A stretch of DNA of 46,715 nt, counting the filler, from Catajapyx aquilonaris (lineage: Eukaryota): NCBI GenBank assembly GCA_000934665.2. It is 2 parts of 2 records of this genome, joined end to end, with 100 filler letters (N's around TTAATTAATTAA, not from the genome) between each part and the next. Parts side by side here need not be neighbours in the genome. Positions count along the whole stretch, not along the records: positions 1 to 23,179 come from JYFJ02005715.1; 1 more part is not named here. One strand, 5' to 3'. The position numbers and the translations under genes were made by a program. Shown in pieces: positions 9,235 through 21,501 of the stretch. A model generated the notes under the pieces. That model worked only from the letters and a program-made list of their open reading frames with translations. It had not been told where the DNA came from and searched no databases. The first letter of the stretch is position 1, and the number at the start of each line of letters is the position of its first letter.

Positions 9235-11836
9235 TCAGGCTCCGCCTTCTTGGATGAATTTCATGCGAAGGGCATCTTGTGGAATTACACGGTGATCCTG
9301 GAATGTGAAAAAAAAAATACCATTAGCATTGTGGCATATTGTGCTGGACTGGCAATTAGGGGACGAAAGAACATTACCCCATTATTTAAAAAAATAAAAA
9401 ATACTGGACTGGCAATATAAATTGAGAAAATGGTACTTACAGGATCCATGTCTAGGCAGGCATGCAGAAACTCTGCACAGTCCTCATCCACCTTGTCCGA
9501 AAAGGATAAGATCCCGGCCTTGGTCAGGAGAGTGAGAGCAATGGCACGATCATTGGGGTCGCCCTTTAAAAAAATTACTTATTAGAATCAAATAGGCGAA
9601 CATAAATGCAGAATATGACAGTTCAGTGCTGGACAAATTAGCCGTCGCTGAATGTTTTTTTTCGGCGGCGACGGCGGCGGCGTTACCTGGCAACTCCCTC
9701 TGGCGGGCCAATTCAAACATCAGCCCATGGAGAGCGCTTCCATTATTGCCACTGTTTACAAATCGAGTGAGTGACGCGGACGACCCAGCGACGGGTCTCT
9801 TCTGCCTGCGCACTCACTCACTCCATTTGTAAACAGTGGCAACAATGGAAGCGCTCTCCATGGGCTGATGTTTGAATTGGCCCGCCAGACGGAGTTGCCA
9901 GGTAACGCCGCCGCCGCAGCCGCCGGAAAAAAACATTCAGCGACAGCTATTATGTCCAGCACTGTTCAAATTAGAGCAACAATCATACCTTGCTGAAGTA
10001 ATGCCTCAGAGCATACTTATTTTGGCCCATGTTCTGGCAGAAGTCTTTCGTGTGAGTTCCATGCATCAGAACCTTCTCCGGGATCTCTCCGCAAAGGACC
10101 CTCCACATGTGCAGGGTGACAAGTGGGGGCTGCGGGCTGAACACTTTGCACTTTGCTCCGAAGATCATGCCGCAGCACATGCACCCAAGCGACCAAACAT
10201 CTATGGCCTCGGTTATGTCTGCGCCTGTGAAAAGAAAAGCGATGTTACAATCTTGAAGGAAAATGAATCGTGCATTGGGGCCGGACAACTAATAGGCCTA
10301 CTTACCAAGAAATACTTCTGGGGCCTTATTTGGGTAAGGCTGGATGTCCACTCCCTTGTACTTCTTCACCTCATCAGTAAAAAAAGCCAGCCCAAAATCA
10401 GCCACCTTCACTCTCCAGTTGTCAGGGTCCGAGGCATCCACCAGAACATTGTCAAGTTTCAGATCCGCATGGATCATGCCCCAGTCCTAAAACAAGAATG
10501 GTTTTAATTAATGCAATTTTATTTAAGGCAATGGGGCACAAAATGTCGACGCCTAAGGATTATATTGTCGTATGTCCATTGTTAAAACGTGGACATACGA
10601 CAATATAATCCTTAGGCGTCGATGTGTCGACACACTTACCTTCATCCAATCCAAGGCAGTCAAAATTTGCTTTGCCACAACAGACGTCTGCCTTGACGTG
10701 AAGCATTGCTCGGGCTGCTCGTTCAGGAGTGTCCACAAGTCCTTTTGCATGATCTCCATCACCATACAGCAGTGGCCTCGGTACATGAAGTGGTCCAACA
10801 GTCTGATGATGTTGTGGTTGTAGCCATCATCAAAGCCATCCTCTTCCTGCAGCATGGTCATCATGTCCACCTCCTTGTTAAATTGACGACGTCTCCGACC
10901 ATCTTGTACCTTCAGCGCCACAACATCAGCAAAGCGACCATTCACCTGACCCAGCATGTTGGCAAACACACTGGTTGACTGCCTCTGGCATCTCCTCACC
11001 TCGCCATACACTCCCTTCCCCAAAATGCTCCCGATGACATACTCTGCACCATTAGTCACCCGGAAACGGTCACGATGAGCAAGAATCTCACCCTGCAAAA
11101 AGAAAGGAGCATATAAAAAACCTGCAACGTCATTAATTGGGAGATTTTATTTCAAAAGAATATACAGGCGCAGGAATTTGAGCTGTTCGCATTACTTGCT
11201 GAAGGTGTGAATATCAATTTTCAAATGCGGATCAAAGTATTTTGCATCCAGCATTGCTCACTCATAAAAACAATACAGCCGATGGACTATGCCTAAGGCT
11301 TGTACAAGTACCCCATAATGGCAATAGGCCTATTCTCATGAGTCAGTTCTTTGTTCTAGGCCTATATAGCTTTTGTTCTGCACTAGGCATAGCCCTGGTT
11401 CTGTTCTAGGCCTCAGCCTCAGGTCTGTACTAGGTCTAGCCTTGTTCTAGGCATGTAGCCTCGGCTCTTTGTGCTAGCCCTCGCCCAGTGCTTTCCTTTG
11501 GACCTAGGCCTAGTACCATACCCAGTATCGGCACTAGGCCTAGCTCAAGTACTAGGACTGGGCAATTGAAAATTTCTGTGCAAAATGCCCACATTCCCTC
11601 CTCAGCCCACCCGTCCCCATACTCATATTAGCGGGCAGCAGATTTTTCGCCATTTTCCGCATATATTTGCGTCCGAAAATAATGTTTCTCGAACGCAAAT
11701 ATACGCAGAAAATGACTTCGAAACTTGCTTCCCGCATGAGTATACAATCCTGCATCAAACTCACCCCATCCTCATCTTCCTCTCGCTTCCTCTTTCCCAA
11801 CATGCTGGCCGCCTTATTCATCTCCTGTTGAGCCAT
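9235..11836 (-). CDS. HIPK/DYRK-like (CMGC group) Ser/Thr protein kinase, six exons, ~375 aa
   Basis: Exons 11836-11765, 11092-10640, 10486-10306, 10224-9989, 9563-9441 and 9297-9235, all with GT-AG boundaries and compatible phases. Motifs: GKGVYGEV, VALK, alphaC KE, HNIIRLLDHF, IHADLKLDN, KVADFG, APE, IDVWSLGC, LDMDPDHR. N-terminal KRKR NLS-like motif. Exon 1 is the least certain. Confidence 0.85.
9624..9964. mobile_element. Foldback MITE in kinase intron 4
   Basis: Termini cagtgctggaca...tgtccagcactg. Arms of ~150 bp are near-perfect reverse complements around a short spacer. No clear TSD. Confidence 0.8.
10546..10622. repeat. Perfect 33-bp inverted repeat with 11-nt loop in kinase intron 2
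   Basis: tcgacgcctaaggattatattgtcgtatgtcca (10546-10578) and its exact reverse complement (10590-10622). Confidence 0.9.
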
Positions 11837-13310
11837 CGCGATTTAGCAAATCGTGGCAGAAAGTCTATCGCGTCGGTCTATCGTAAGCAGGAGCTATAGG
11901 CGGACGCGTCTATCCAGCAAGCGGGCAGGGGAGCGAGTGGGACGTGGCGATGGGAGAGAGATGGGGGAAAGTGGGGTTAGCGGGAGTACGACACGCTGAA
12001 GATGGCGGCGCTCCCTACATAGTCCGGGTAGTGGGTCTTTATAAACGGCCACTATAAGTCCGGGTGGCCGCTAAGGGACAAAGGCCGCATTTTGTGACAA
12101 AAGTATGAAATTCGGTACACTTATTCTTTGGACACTTCTGAACATCACATATGGACATGAGGCCACGATGGATGACCCCACCGCGCCGGGGGCCACTTTT
12201 GCTTGGTTGCCAGATCTAACATGCGCAACATAACATGCTGTATATTGAATTTATATTTGAATGTGAAGCTTGGATTCGGTGATAAAGACATGAAACTAAC
12301 AAGGGAATGACCAAGGGTCGTCGTCCCCTCTGATTAGGCTGAAACTCGCTTGAAGGGTAAATAATACGAGGGTGGCTGAATAATTTATCTACCTGAGTAT
12401 GAAAGCGTAGGGGTGCAAGTCCGAACTTGCACAGACAGCTATATACATTACTAGGGTGGATCGCGCTTGTATGGAGAAAAAATATATGGGTCATTCCATC
12501 TGAACTGAGTCAAAGTGTTGCTCGACCATCTCCGATTTGGCTGTAAAAAAATCGTGGTTGTACACGCCTAGGATCTAATGCGAAATATCTAATTTCAGCC
12601 ATATTGCGGGGGTGTCGGCCAGGAAGTCAGCTCTTCCTCGGCGAATTATTGGGTGTGGGAGTCGTACAAACCCATCAAACATATATATCAGAAGAAAGAG
12701 GAAGACTAGGAGAATGCATCTATGGAAGTGGTTTCACTCGCAAATGCAACCAGAAAAAAAAAAAACGACTGGCTTTACATCGGTCGAATTTCCAAGAATT
12801 TGGCCCTCCGAAAATTAGTGATGTAATTGCAGCACATAATTCATATTTAGTGACACGAATATACGTAGATCCACAGAAGTTGCAATGTGTCAAGTTTGAA
12901 GCTTGAGTCATGCATATTTCTGGAGATAAGAAATCGGAAACGTTGGATTTTTTGTCAATTTCGATACATTCGGCCCCGGTATTTTCGCTCTGTGGCACTT
13001 GTAGCATGTGACCAACATGTACCGTATATCACTGGAATCGTCGTTTCATGGCCAACGACATGATATATGTCCCATTGCGCTCATCCAAAGATCAAGGGCG
13101 TGGCGATTTTTTTTTGAAAAGGGGGTTGAGAGGCGCGTCGAATTAGCATAGTAAGCCATGCGTGGGGTTCCCCTCTCAGGTGAATTTCAAATATTGCGGT
13201 TCCAAATGTCTTGGGGTGACTCACACCAAGACATTTCACAATCAACTACCAAGAGTGGTGGCACTGAAGGTCCAGCTTGGTCAGCGATCAGGTCAGGTCT
13301 CAAAGGTGGT

Positions 13311-13480
13311 ATGAGGTCACTGCAGGAATCTGATGGGCGTCCGGAAAGTAGCTGCAATGAATGAAACAACCACAACATCGTCCGACTGGTCGAACACTTC
13401 CAGCACCGTGGCTACTGCTGCATGATGCTGGGGCTGCTGCCCAAGGACCTCTGGAAACTTCTGGAAACTTCTGAATGAGC
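13311..13480 (+). pseudogene. Pseudogene fragment of the adjacent HIPK-like kinase (subdomains III-V), opposite strand
   Basis: Reads MRSLQESDG...*NNHNIVRLVEHFQHRGYCCMMLGLLPKDLWKLL versus MTMLQEEDG...YNHNIIRLLDHFMYRGHCCMVMEIMQKDLWTLL in the intact gene. In-frame TGA at 13362-13364 and a frameshifting 10-nt duplication ctggaaactt. Confidence 0.85.
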
Positions 13481-14082
13481 TGCTGAGCTGCTCATGGTGT
13501 GTTAATTTTCTCTCTCTTTAGGATCGACGTATAACCAAGGAATGTGCTTGGGATGAAATTCATCTAGCAGGTTGTGCCTGAGGACAAGGTCATAGTACGA
13601 GTGGCAACTTGTTCCACGACATCCTCTGCTATGTGGAGGAAGAGAGGACAACATGCAACTGCATGGCAACCCTTGACTGGCACCAGAGCCTTTTGGATCT
13701 GCACTGACAGCAGTGGGACAGTGCATGATTTTATACAGTAAGGAATGAACTCATACTGGTCTGGACTGAAAAGTACGGATTTTAGAATCTAAAAATTAAA
13801 TTAGTACTTTGTGGTGCTTATCATGAAAAAAAATTGCACATGTAATGTAGCTTTAGCATGTGAGTTGTGTGACAGTATTGAATGATATGTTAGACTAGTG
13901 TATGACATGATGACAGGATGAAACGTTATTTGCTGGAATTATGTACAGTCTCGCTCATAAAGAATGGTACGACTCTATGGATGAAATGTTTATCCTGATT
14001 ATCGACACAGGATGCACTAATAGCCCAATAACTTAAAGCATGTAGAATTCTGCCACATAACTTTCAGTTTCTTGCAATAATA

Positions 14083-14420
14083 CAGTTGAATCCGGATATA
14101 ACAGCCTTTCGGTTATAACAGACTCGACAGGCCAGTACTCGGCTTCCTTTTCCACGTGAGGAAAGCACTGAATACTGGAGCCAGCGTGATTTTCCCACAT
14201 ACCACTGATCTAACACTTGCTGAAAAGGTCAAAATCATTGGACGACAGAAGAAAATTATGGATTTTTTTGGTCCTGCGTACGTTACAGGTGAGCTAATTA
14301 TGCATGTTTGTGGTTAGTTCCATTAATCAGCATGCAGTAGTGTGCATTATAAGCATAGGAAAGCAGAAAACTCGTGTATTCGGTGTAAATAGGCGATTTG
14401 GCTATAACAGACCTCGGTGT
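14083..14420 (+). mobile_element. Internally deleted pogo/Tigger-type element (right TIR not found)
   Basis: TA followed by cagttgaatccggatataac, the same TIR as the MITEs at 32932 and 44416. Internal frame reads LTLAEKVKII joined to QKKIMDFF, resembling the N- and C-terminal motifs of pogo/Tigger transposases. Confidence 0.7.
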
Positions 14421-14789
14421 AATAATTAATCAAATCATTGAAAATAACTGAAAGTTGTAATTACTTTTGCATAACCTGTTGGGATATGCCACAAATGTTT
14501 GTGCATACAAATAAAGTTTGTTTACTACACTGAACACATAAATACATTTGGGTCATCCAACATTATTTATTTATGAAAATAGCATTATCAAACAATATTC
14601 ACATCTGAATAACAAACCATAAAAAGGGCATTGTGTAATTCAGGTGATATGCAAAAATGTAGACACTTATCTTACACAACTGCTCAATATGGATAATGGT
14701 CCCATTTATTGCAGCAGTATTTTATCAATTGAACATGATTCCAGAATAACAGTACACATCAACACTGCATCAGTGCATGGAATCACATA

Positions 14790-15821
14790 CTACTTGATGG
14801 AGAAAGAACATACCACCTTTATGATCTCAGCATCATTACATCCCTTCCAAAACTGACTTGCCATTACCTCCGTCGCATTTGACTTGAAAAACTGCAAACA
14901 CACATTCTTCACTGTGGGAATATTATTTACGTTAGCAGCACTCAAAATGCAAAGTACATTTTCCACAGTCAATTTTTTTTCAAGGTGCTTCTCGCAGACA
15001 TGCTGAAGACATGGAATATCGTACTTCCCAGCAGCTACTATCAGACCTATAACAGATTCATCTGCTATCTCTAGTGGTATTTCATCAGTGTATAGGAAAT
15101 GAATTAGGGCTTTCAGTTCATCAGTATAAATATCCTCAATTACAACCCTTCCCGTGATTTTCTCCTTAGTGTCGTGCACAAACATGGCTGCAAAAACCGG
15201 ACTTCTAGCAGACAGAATGAATGAATGAACACGAAATTCATCTTTATCTGCCACCAACTTCACATCCTTGCCAACTTCTGATGTCAGCATGCGGCGTACA
15301 TCCAGAGATAATTGTGAGCAGTCATGAGTGACAACTTCATCATGCTTAATCTCCTCCTCCTCCATCACCTTCAAAATTTCACCTTGACAAATTATTGTCA
15401 AAGTATCATTGGGAAGAAGATGAGATGCCCCATCATGCAATTCTTTTAGAGCAATAAATTCAGGATACCCATGCCTGGATGCCTGCCTGTAGGAGTATGG
15501 GGAGTAATAAGAGCTAAATATCACAAGCGATGACCTCTCTCTAGAAAAATCATTGCCAGTGGCACTCTTAATGGTGAACTTTAATGAGGACGTGACAGTT
15601 TTACGTGGACGAGAAGCGAGCTGCAGATAAATTGAATTGTGTATTCCATCACCCACGAGATCGAGCTGTAGCTTCCAATTGTGTGAATAAAGTCCATTAG
15701 AGTAGATATTGGAAATGATAGGCTGCTGCATCTTTTGCATATAGCTGTACTTTTCAAGCGTCCACTTGAAAAAAAAAGGTTCCACTAGTGGTCTCAGAAG
15801 AGAATGATGCACTTCAGCCAT
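14790..15821 (-). CDS. MATH-BTB (speckle-type POZ / SPOP-like) Cullin-3 adaptor, 343 aa, no CDS introns
   Basis: MATH: FKWTLEKYS, WKLQL, SIYLQL, HGYPEFI, LLPNDTLTIIC. BTB: DVKLV, FRVHSFILSARSPVFAAMF, ALIHFLYTD, AAGKYDIPCLQHVCE. BACK-like tail LTVENVL. Confidence 0.93.
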   Translation of the reverse strand: MAEVHHSLLRPLVEPFFFKWTLEKYSYMQKMQQPIISNIYSNGLYSHNWKLQLDLVGDGIHNSIYLQLASRPRKTVTSSLKFTIKSATGNDFSRERSSLVIFSSYYSPYSYRQASRHGYPEFIALKELHDGASHLLPNDTLTIICQGEILKVMEEEEIKHDEVVTHDCSQLSLDVRRMLTSEVGKDVKLVADKDEFRVHSFILSARSPVFAAMFVHDTKEKITGRVVIEDIYTDELKALIHFLYTDEIPLEIADESVIGLIVAAGKYDIPCLQHVCEKHLEKKLTVENVLCILSAANVNNIPTVKNVCLQFFKSNATEVMASQFWKGCNDAEIIKVVCSFSIK

Positions 15822-16456
15822 TTTCCACTCAAAGCTGAACTGTTTGGGTCAAGGGATAGCAATCCTGGAAAAAAAAAAGGTCTACTGAAAGGAGCAGATA
15901 TTGGATTCACTTGTGTTGCACCAATTATCTTTGCTCTACTATGCTGCGTTTTGAGCTCATTAGAATATCTGCTTTTTCCTTGGATAGCTTTCAGTGAAGA
16001 CCTGTGCACTGTACAATCTCCATATCTCGGGGAAAGAATGTTAATGTTTTAACATTAACATACTACCATAGGGTAGTAGTACAAAACTTCTCCGGATTCT
16101 CCCATTTCTTTCCACTATCAACATCCATCTGCACCGCAATAATTCAATACCTGAATCATGCCTTTCTAAGCATATTTTACATAATTGACATGTTCCCACT
16201 ACATTGGACAATTATTTCTTACTTACTGTTATTAATAGCTCTGTAGACTTAGCTTAGGACAGCAAAATGAGTGCATGTCAGCAAAGTTTGACATAGGTGG
16301 GTTTGCAGAAGGAAACAAAAATGGAGTCCCCCCCCAGGCAGCATGTTCAGTGTACATTAATGCATTGCAACCTTGAGTCGAGGATTCAAGATGGACTCCT
16401 AGATTACCTTTCCTTTTGACTGAAGTTGGATCTAGTTAAAAATAAAGGTCTCTTCA

Positions 16457-18478
16457 CTGTCAAACACCCTCTTCCTAATACAGTAACTCACATCTATAAC
16501 CTGTGAAAATGGATCTAGATGAGTCAAGGTGTTATACATCAAGCTTTCAGATGTCACGAAAGTAAACCCTCATTAAAAAATCTTACCTGCAATCCAGATC
16601 CAAATAATGTCAAGGTGTGGACGCTTGTCTTGACAGGTGAGATTTTAACTGTCCACTTTCAGGTGTAAAGGTGATGTCTCAGTCTGCTTGTCTGGTGCCT
16701 ACCACTAGTTCAGAAAAACCTGAAAAGACAGACGGAAGTTCACTTAGTATGGTCTGGTTGCAGATGAAGTACAATGGCCAGAAAAAAATATTCAGACACG
16801 GCAAAACTGGTGACAGCTCTTTCTACACAGCATGAATATATGTCCTGTTAGAAGACATGCACCCATTTAACTACCTTGTCCAAAAGTACTAATTTGTAAT
16901 AACAATATTTAGGTACAATATTACTCTGAACAGTTTGTAATTTAAAAAAAAAAAAAAGTTTTGCTGATAATATTAGAGGCCAAATCCAACACTGAAGCTA
17001 GTGCAGGATTTACATGGAATGTGACAATGGCCTTACATTCATCTTCATCAGGGAAAGTGTTGCTAACATTTTGCAACAGGAACAAATTCTACATTGAATT
17101 GTGCTTATGGGCCTATGAATAAGACAAGAGCATGGCATTCGGGTCAGAGTGCAGTGATTTGCACATAGAATAATTGATTATTATCGATAGTTCAAAAAAT
17201 GGAGGTGCATGGCATGTGCGGGCATGTGATGTGTCAACAAGGTGCAGGCCGGGAAATTCAAACAAATATTTTGGGGAGTACTGAAGCAGAGTTCTTTAAT
17301 TGAGTAAATTGGTAAGGAAAGAAAATCACTACTCTTTTTGTTATTAATATGTTATTACTCTCTTAAAGTAATAATGTACACCAAAGGAGTCAGCTTAACT
17401 TTCTTGCCAGTGAAAAAAATTCAGCAACTCAATTTATTTTGGAATAATCTTTGGAGGGACTCAGGGAGTAAAAGTAATGTACTTTGAATAAGCACCAAGT
17501 TGACAATTTCAATTAGTAAATGTTTAAAAGGCTACTGCCTCCAAACTTTGTATGCATTCCACTTATTATCTCAATCTTTGGTTCCCGAGCAATCCAAAAC
17601 ATTGCATGTGCCATGATAAAAAGACATTTAACCTCGTTTTAAAGAGCATCAGGCGTGGCGGTGTAAGCAAACAATGGCCGTGAGCGCCAGGATAGGCATT
17701 GACTCCATTGTTGAAGTTAGTAATTACGATGCCACCTACAAGCATGTGACCATGTGCTGTCAAACACACCTGTTCTAAAAGTAACTCACATCTAACTTGT
17801 GAAAATGGATCTCTGAGATGAGTCAAGCTGTTACATCAAGCTTTCATGTGGCACAAAAGCAAAGCCTCATTAAAAATCTTACTTGCAACGCATTTACAGA
17901 TAATGTCAAGATGTGGACCCTTGATTTGACTGAAGATCAGATTGTAACTGTCCAAGTTCAGGCTGCAAAGGTGATGATTCAGTCTGCTCGTCTGGTGTGC
18001 GCCCTACCATTAGTTCAGAAAAGGCTGAAAGACACACAGGCATTAGGAAAAGGTTGCAGATGAAGTACAATGGACAGAAAAAATATTTCGACACTTATGC
18101 TTAGCATTGCATAATGTACGGAAACTATCTGACGTCATCGTTTCTTCCATTGTTGCTTTTTGCTGACACTGTTCTGTGGGGCTATTCCATGGAAGCCTTA
18201 ATGATGTCAGATCGTTCTCTAATTTTCTGTACATTTCATTGAGAAAACACAGCAAAACTGGTGACAATTCTTTGTACAACATATGTATCCTGTTACAATA
18301 ATAAGTCATGCGCCCATTTTACTACCTCCTCTAAAACTGATTATTTTGAAGTAATTTTGGTACAATATTACTCGAGGGCAGTTATCAAAAAGGCTTGGCT
18401 GATAACATTTATTCAAGCACTGAAGTCAGCGCAGGAATGTGACAATTGCCTTATGGGTACATCCGCATTGGAGAAAGT
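16457..18478. repeat. Diverged direct duplication (~16457-17058 vs ~17757-18478) upstream of the first MATH-BTB gene, containing a probable 5'-UTR exon
   Basis: Collinear shared blocks: taactcacatct, gtgaaaatggatct, cctcattaaaaa(a)tcttac, ttgcagatgaagtacaatgg, gcaaaactggtgaca, ggaatgtgacaat. Each copy has a minus-strand donor (cttac) and acceptor (ctgaaa). Copy 2 carries an extra ~155 bp. Confidence 0.8.
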
Positions 18479-20493
18479 ATAGGGACGGATCCAGGCTAGT
18501 GATTACTCTCCTTAGTATTGAACAATAACTGTAATGAAACTAATTATGCGTGCATGCATGATTCCCCAAATGGGTATTATTGGGGGTATTATTGATGTTG
18601 TAATACCCCAATAATACTGAGGTTTTGCCGCACTCACCCCTGTACCCTAAATTCGCCAGACCATGACCCACTCCTGCTGCTGCCAATCTGGGAGTAAAGA
18701 GGATGTAATTAGACGGGTATTGCGAGGCTCTTACTGTGCACCTCTGTACGTACCAGTTCGTAGAAGAGAAAGAACACGTGCAGCAGAAGCAGGCCTGGTG
18801 ACGCAATAAAAGGGCGCGTCCAAAACTCCAAATTCACCAGCCTAACAGTTCGTAATCTGGCCAGAAGAGGCGCTCTAAAAAGAAAAGAAAGTGTTTCAGT
18901 GTCCCCCTAGATGGCTCTGTACGACAGTCATCAATACAGTATGTTAATTACAGTACTTTATTTATGCTCTGATTTCAATAAAAAAAGGATATGAAAACAA
19001 TTGTGGCCCAGAAGGAGCAGTAATTCGTAATTAGCAACAATGCACGTGATTATGTCCATATTTTAAATTAATGTACAACCCAATTATGGAACATTGCCAA
19101 TATATGCGGAGGCAAGCCGCAGATAAGTATTGATTGAATTCTTGCAAAGTACCACGATTTCAGCAAATTCGTCTGGTAGTTCTCAATGTATATATTCGGT
19201 ATCATCATTCCGAAACCTGAATTTCTCATGAAATACTTTATTTATGTGGATTTTGACCTGTTTCCAGTAGTAATAAAGAATAAAAATGGCTTCAACCAAT
19301 GAGCATAAGATCAAAGATGGTCAACATTAAATTTATTGCAATTATTCATGCAATAGTGTGATACCCAGCATTAGCATATTTATGTTCAGTAACGATAATA
19401 AAGGTAACTGTTCAAAAATAATCCCTAAACAATAAGTATAGCTTAGTGCCAAAAAATGCTGCATAAGATAAAACAGTTCACTGGAACTGTTGTAGCCAAC
19501 ACAACAAAGTCATTACCATAAATATCTACATCTTCTGCTTTGGATGAACCTGCAGAGTCAAGTGTATCCTATGTCAGTGCAGTATATTAGTAGGCTACAG
19601 TCAACTCTGTGGCTGAAGATCTCTTATGAATGGATTGATTAAAATGGCAAGAATGCGCATTCACATGCATTAGTGGAGTTTAAAAATAATTTATTACATC
19701 CACATCTTACACAGCGTAAAACTACAATACATTTTATTCTTGCATTCACATCATTTATGGTCACATTCAAATCCATTTTGATAACAGCATGCAATCATAT
19801 TAGTACAAAGTGAGACAAAATACATACACACATAAGTTGAAACTTCATGATCAGTATCAGCCATTAATGAGTTTGTCTGCACACACTACATCAACACATG
19901 CTCGTGACAAGAAAAGAAGCTGATCAAGATCCAGTCGAGGATCCAAAACTTCTTACAATGCTGGGTTTGGATTTTTGGATTGAATATTAATACGACATTC
20001 CATTAGTCAATTAGTGGGTGGTTATATCAATAACAGTGGTCATCACCAGCAAAAGTAACGCTTGAGTAACATTTTCACATTTGCTTTAACTCAACATCAC
20101 CTTTCAAGGGGCCATTACTCCAGATCTTTGTCAGAGATGAGAGATATGTCTGGATATTTTCCCAAGAATTTTTAGTTCACTTGAGCTGTGAATCAGAAAA
20201 GTTGATCTTCCCAGCAACAGGGCATGAAATACTGATGGGTTCATACCTCTTGGCAATGGAAACATTGTTGGATTATGAGACAAAGCCATGTAAAGGCCTA
20301 AACTTCATGCTGAGTTTGAACTGGACTTTACATTCAACACAAGGGTTGCTGACAAAATGAGTCTTTCCGATCCCCATTGCTAGGCAGACACACACCCTCT
20401 AAAGATGTGATCTAAATTTTAACCACTTACGCAAGGGAATACAATGAAATAAATTGAAACTAATGTCTAAAACAAGATATCCTTAAAAATGAA

Positions 20494-21501
20494 CTAATCA
20501 ACCAGGAGCTTCACAACTTCAGCATTGGCACACTCTTTCCATGACTGAGACATCTTCACTGCTTTCACATTGGACTTGACAAATTTCACACATGCTTCCT
20601 TCAATATTGGTGAGTCATGCATAGTGGCCAAATCAAGAATGTCTAGTACAGTTTCTACAGTTACATGGCTTTGAAGATGAAGCCCACACAAGGACTTCAA
20701 ACGAAGAATCCGATACTTATCCGCAGCAGCCACGAGTTCCATTGCCATCTCAACTTGCATGTCTTCTGGGGCTTGATCAGTGTACAAAAAGTGTATGAGG
20801 CCTTGCACCACTTCCGGCTTGCAGTCCTTGATAATGATCTTCCCTGTCATTTTTTCCTCAGTCTCATGCCCAAACATGGCTGCAAATACTGGGCTTCGAG
20901 CACAAAGTAAATACTTGTGCACTGGAAACTCTGAACCATTTACCACCAATGTTACATCCCTACTTAAATCTGACGTCAAAGTATTCTGCACATCATCAGA
21001 TAATCCAGGGCCATAAATCTCAATCCTCTCTTTCACTTCCTCAGATTTTCTCTCCAAAAAAACCTCTCCCTCACAAACCACAGTCAGGGTATCATTAGGA
21101 AGGAGGTCAGATGCCCTCTTTGCCAACTCTTGGACGCAAATAAATTTATTATGACCCCAGGCTAGGGAGCTGTTTTCCTTGCCATATATCTTAACAAATT
21201 TGGCTACTGAATAGTCATTGTTGGTGGCACTCTTAATAGAGAACTTTCTTGATGCTGTAATGGCATCACCAACTCGATCAGGACAATAGCGGAGGTAAAG
21301 TGAGATATGGCCACTATTTTCCTTACCAGCACCTTTGGGATGAAGCTCCATCTCCCACTTTCTTGGTTCCGACCCACCCGTAGTAAATGGTTGGATTATA
21401 CGTTCGTCCTCCTCTACTGAAGAACTATACCTTTCAATAGTCCACTTGAAGCAAAATGGTTGAGTTTGTCGAGAAGACACTATGTGTTGGACATTAGACA
21501 T
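20494..21501 (-). CDS. MATH-BTB (SPOP-like) paralog, 335 aa, no CDS introns
   Basis: FKWTIERYS, KWEMELHPKG, HISLYL, AWGHNKFI, LLPNDTLTVVCE, DVTLVV, FPVHKYLLCARSPVFAAMF, AADKYRILRLKSLC. Splice acceptor just upstream of the ATG (~21517). Confidence 0.93.
   Translation of the reverse strand: MSNVQHIVSSRQTQPFCFKWTIERYSSSVEEDERIIQPFTTGGSEPRKWEMELHPKGAGKENSGHISLYLRYCPDRVGDAITASRKFSIKSATNNDYSVAKFVKIYGKENSSLAWGHNKFICVQELAKRASDLLPNDTLTVVCEGEVFLERKSEEVKERIEIYGPGLSDDVQNTLTSDLSRDVTLVVNGSEFPVHKYLLCARSPVFAAMFGHETEEKMTGKIIIKDCKPEVVQGLIHFLYTDQAPEDMQVEMAMELVAAADKYRILRLKSLCGLHLQSHVTVETVLDILDLATMHDSPILKEACVKFVKSNVKAVKMSQSWKECANAEVVKLLVD

Noticed and set aside
9550..9962. Mirror ORFs on both strands
   Set aside because: Created by the intronic foldback MITE.
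11190..11254. Possible extra kinase exon (MLDAKYFDPHLKIDIHTFS)
   Set aside because: Its donor would be phase 2, incompatible with the phase-0 acceptor at 11092.
12040..13200. Transposon-like sequence upstream of the kinase
   Set aside because: Composition suggests a non-autonomous element, but I found no matching termini or TSD.
17182..17189. DRE motif TATCGATA
   Set aside because: Single 8-mer with no demonstrable TSS nearby; expected by chance.
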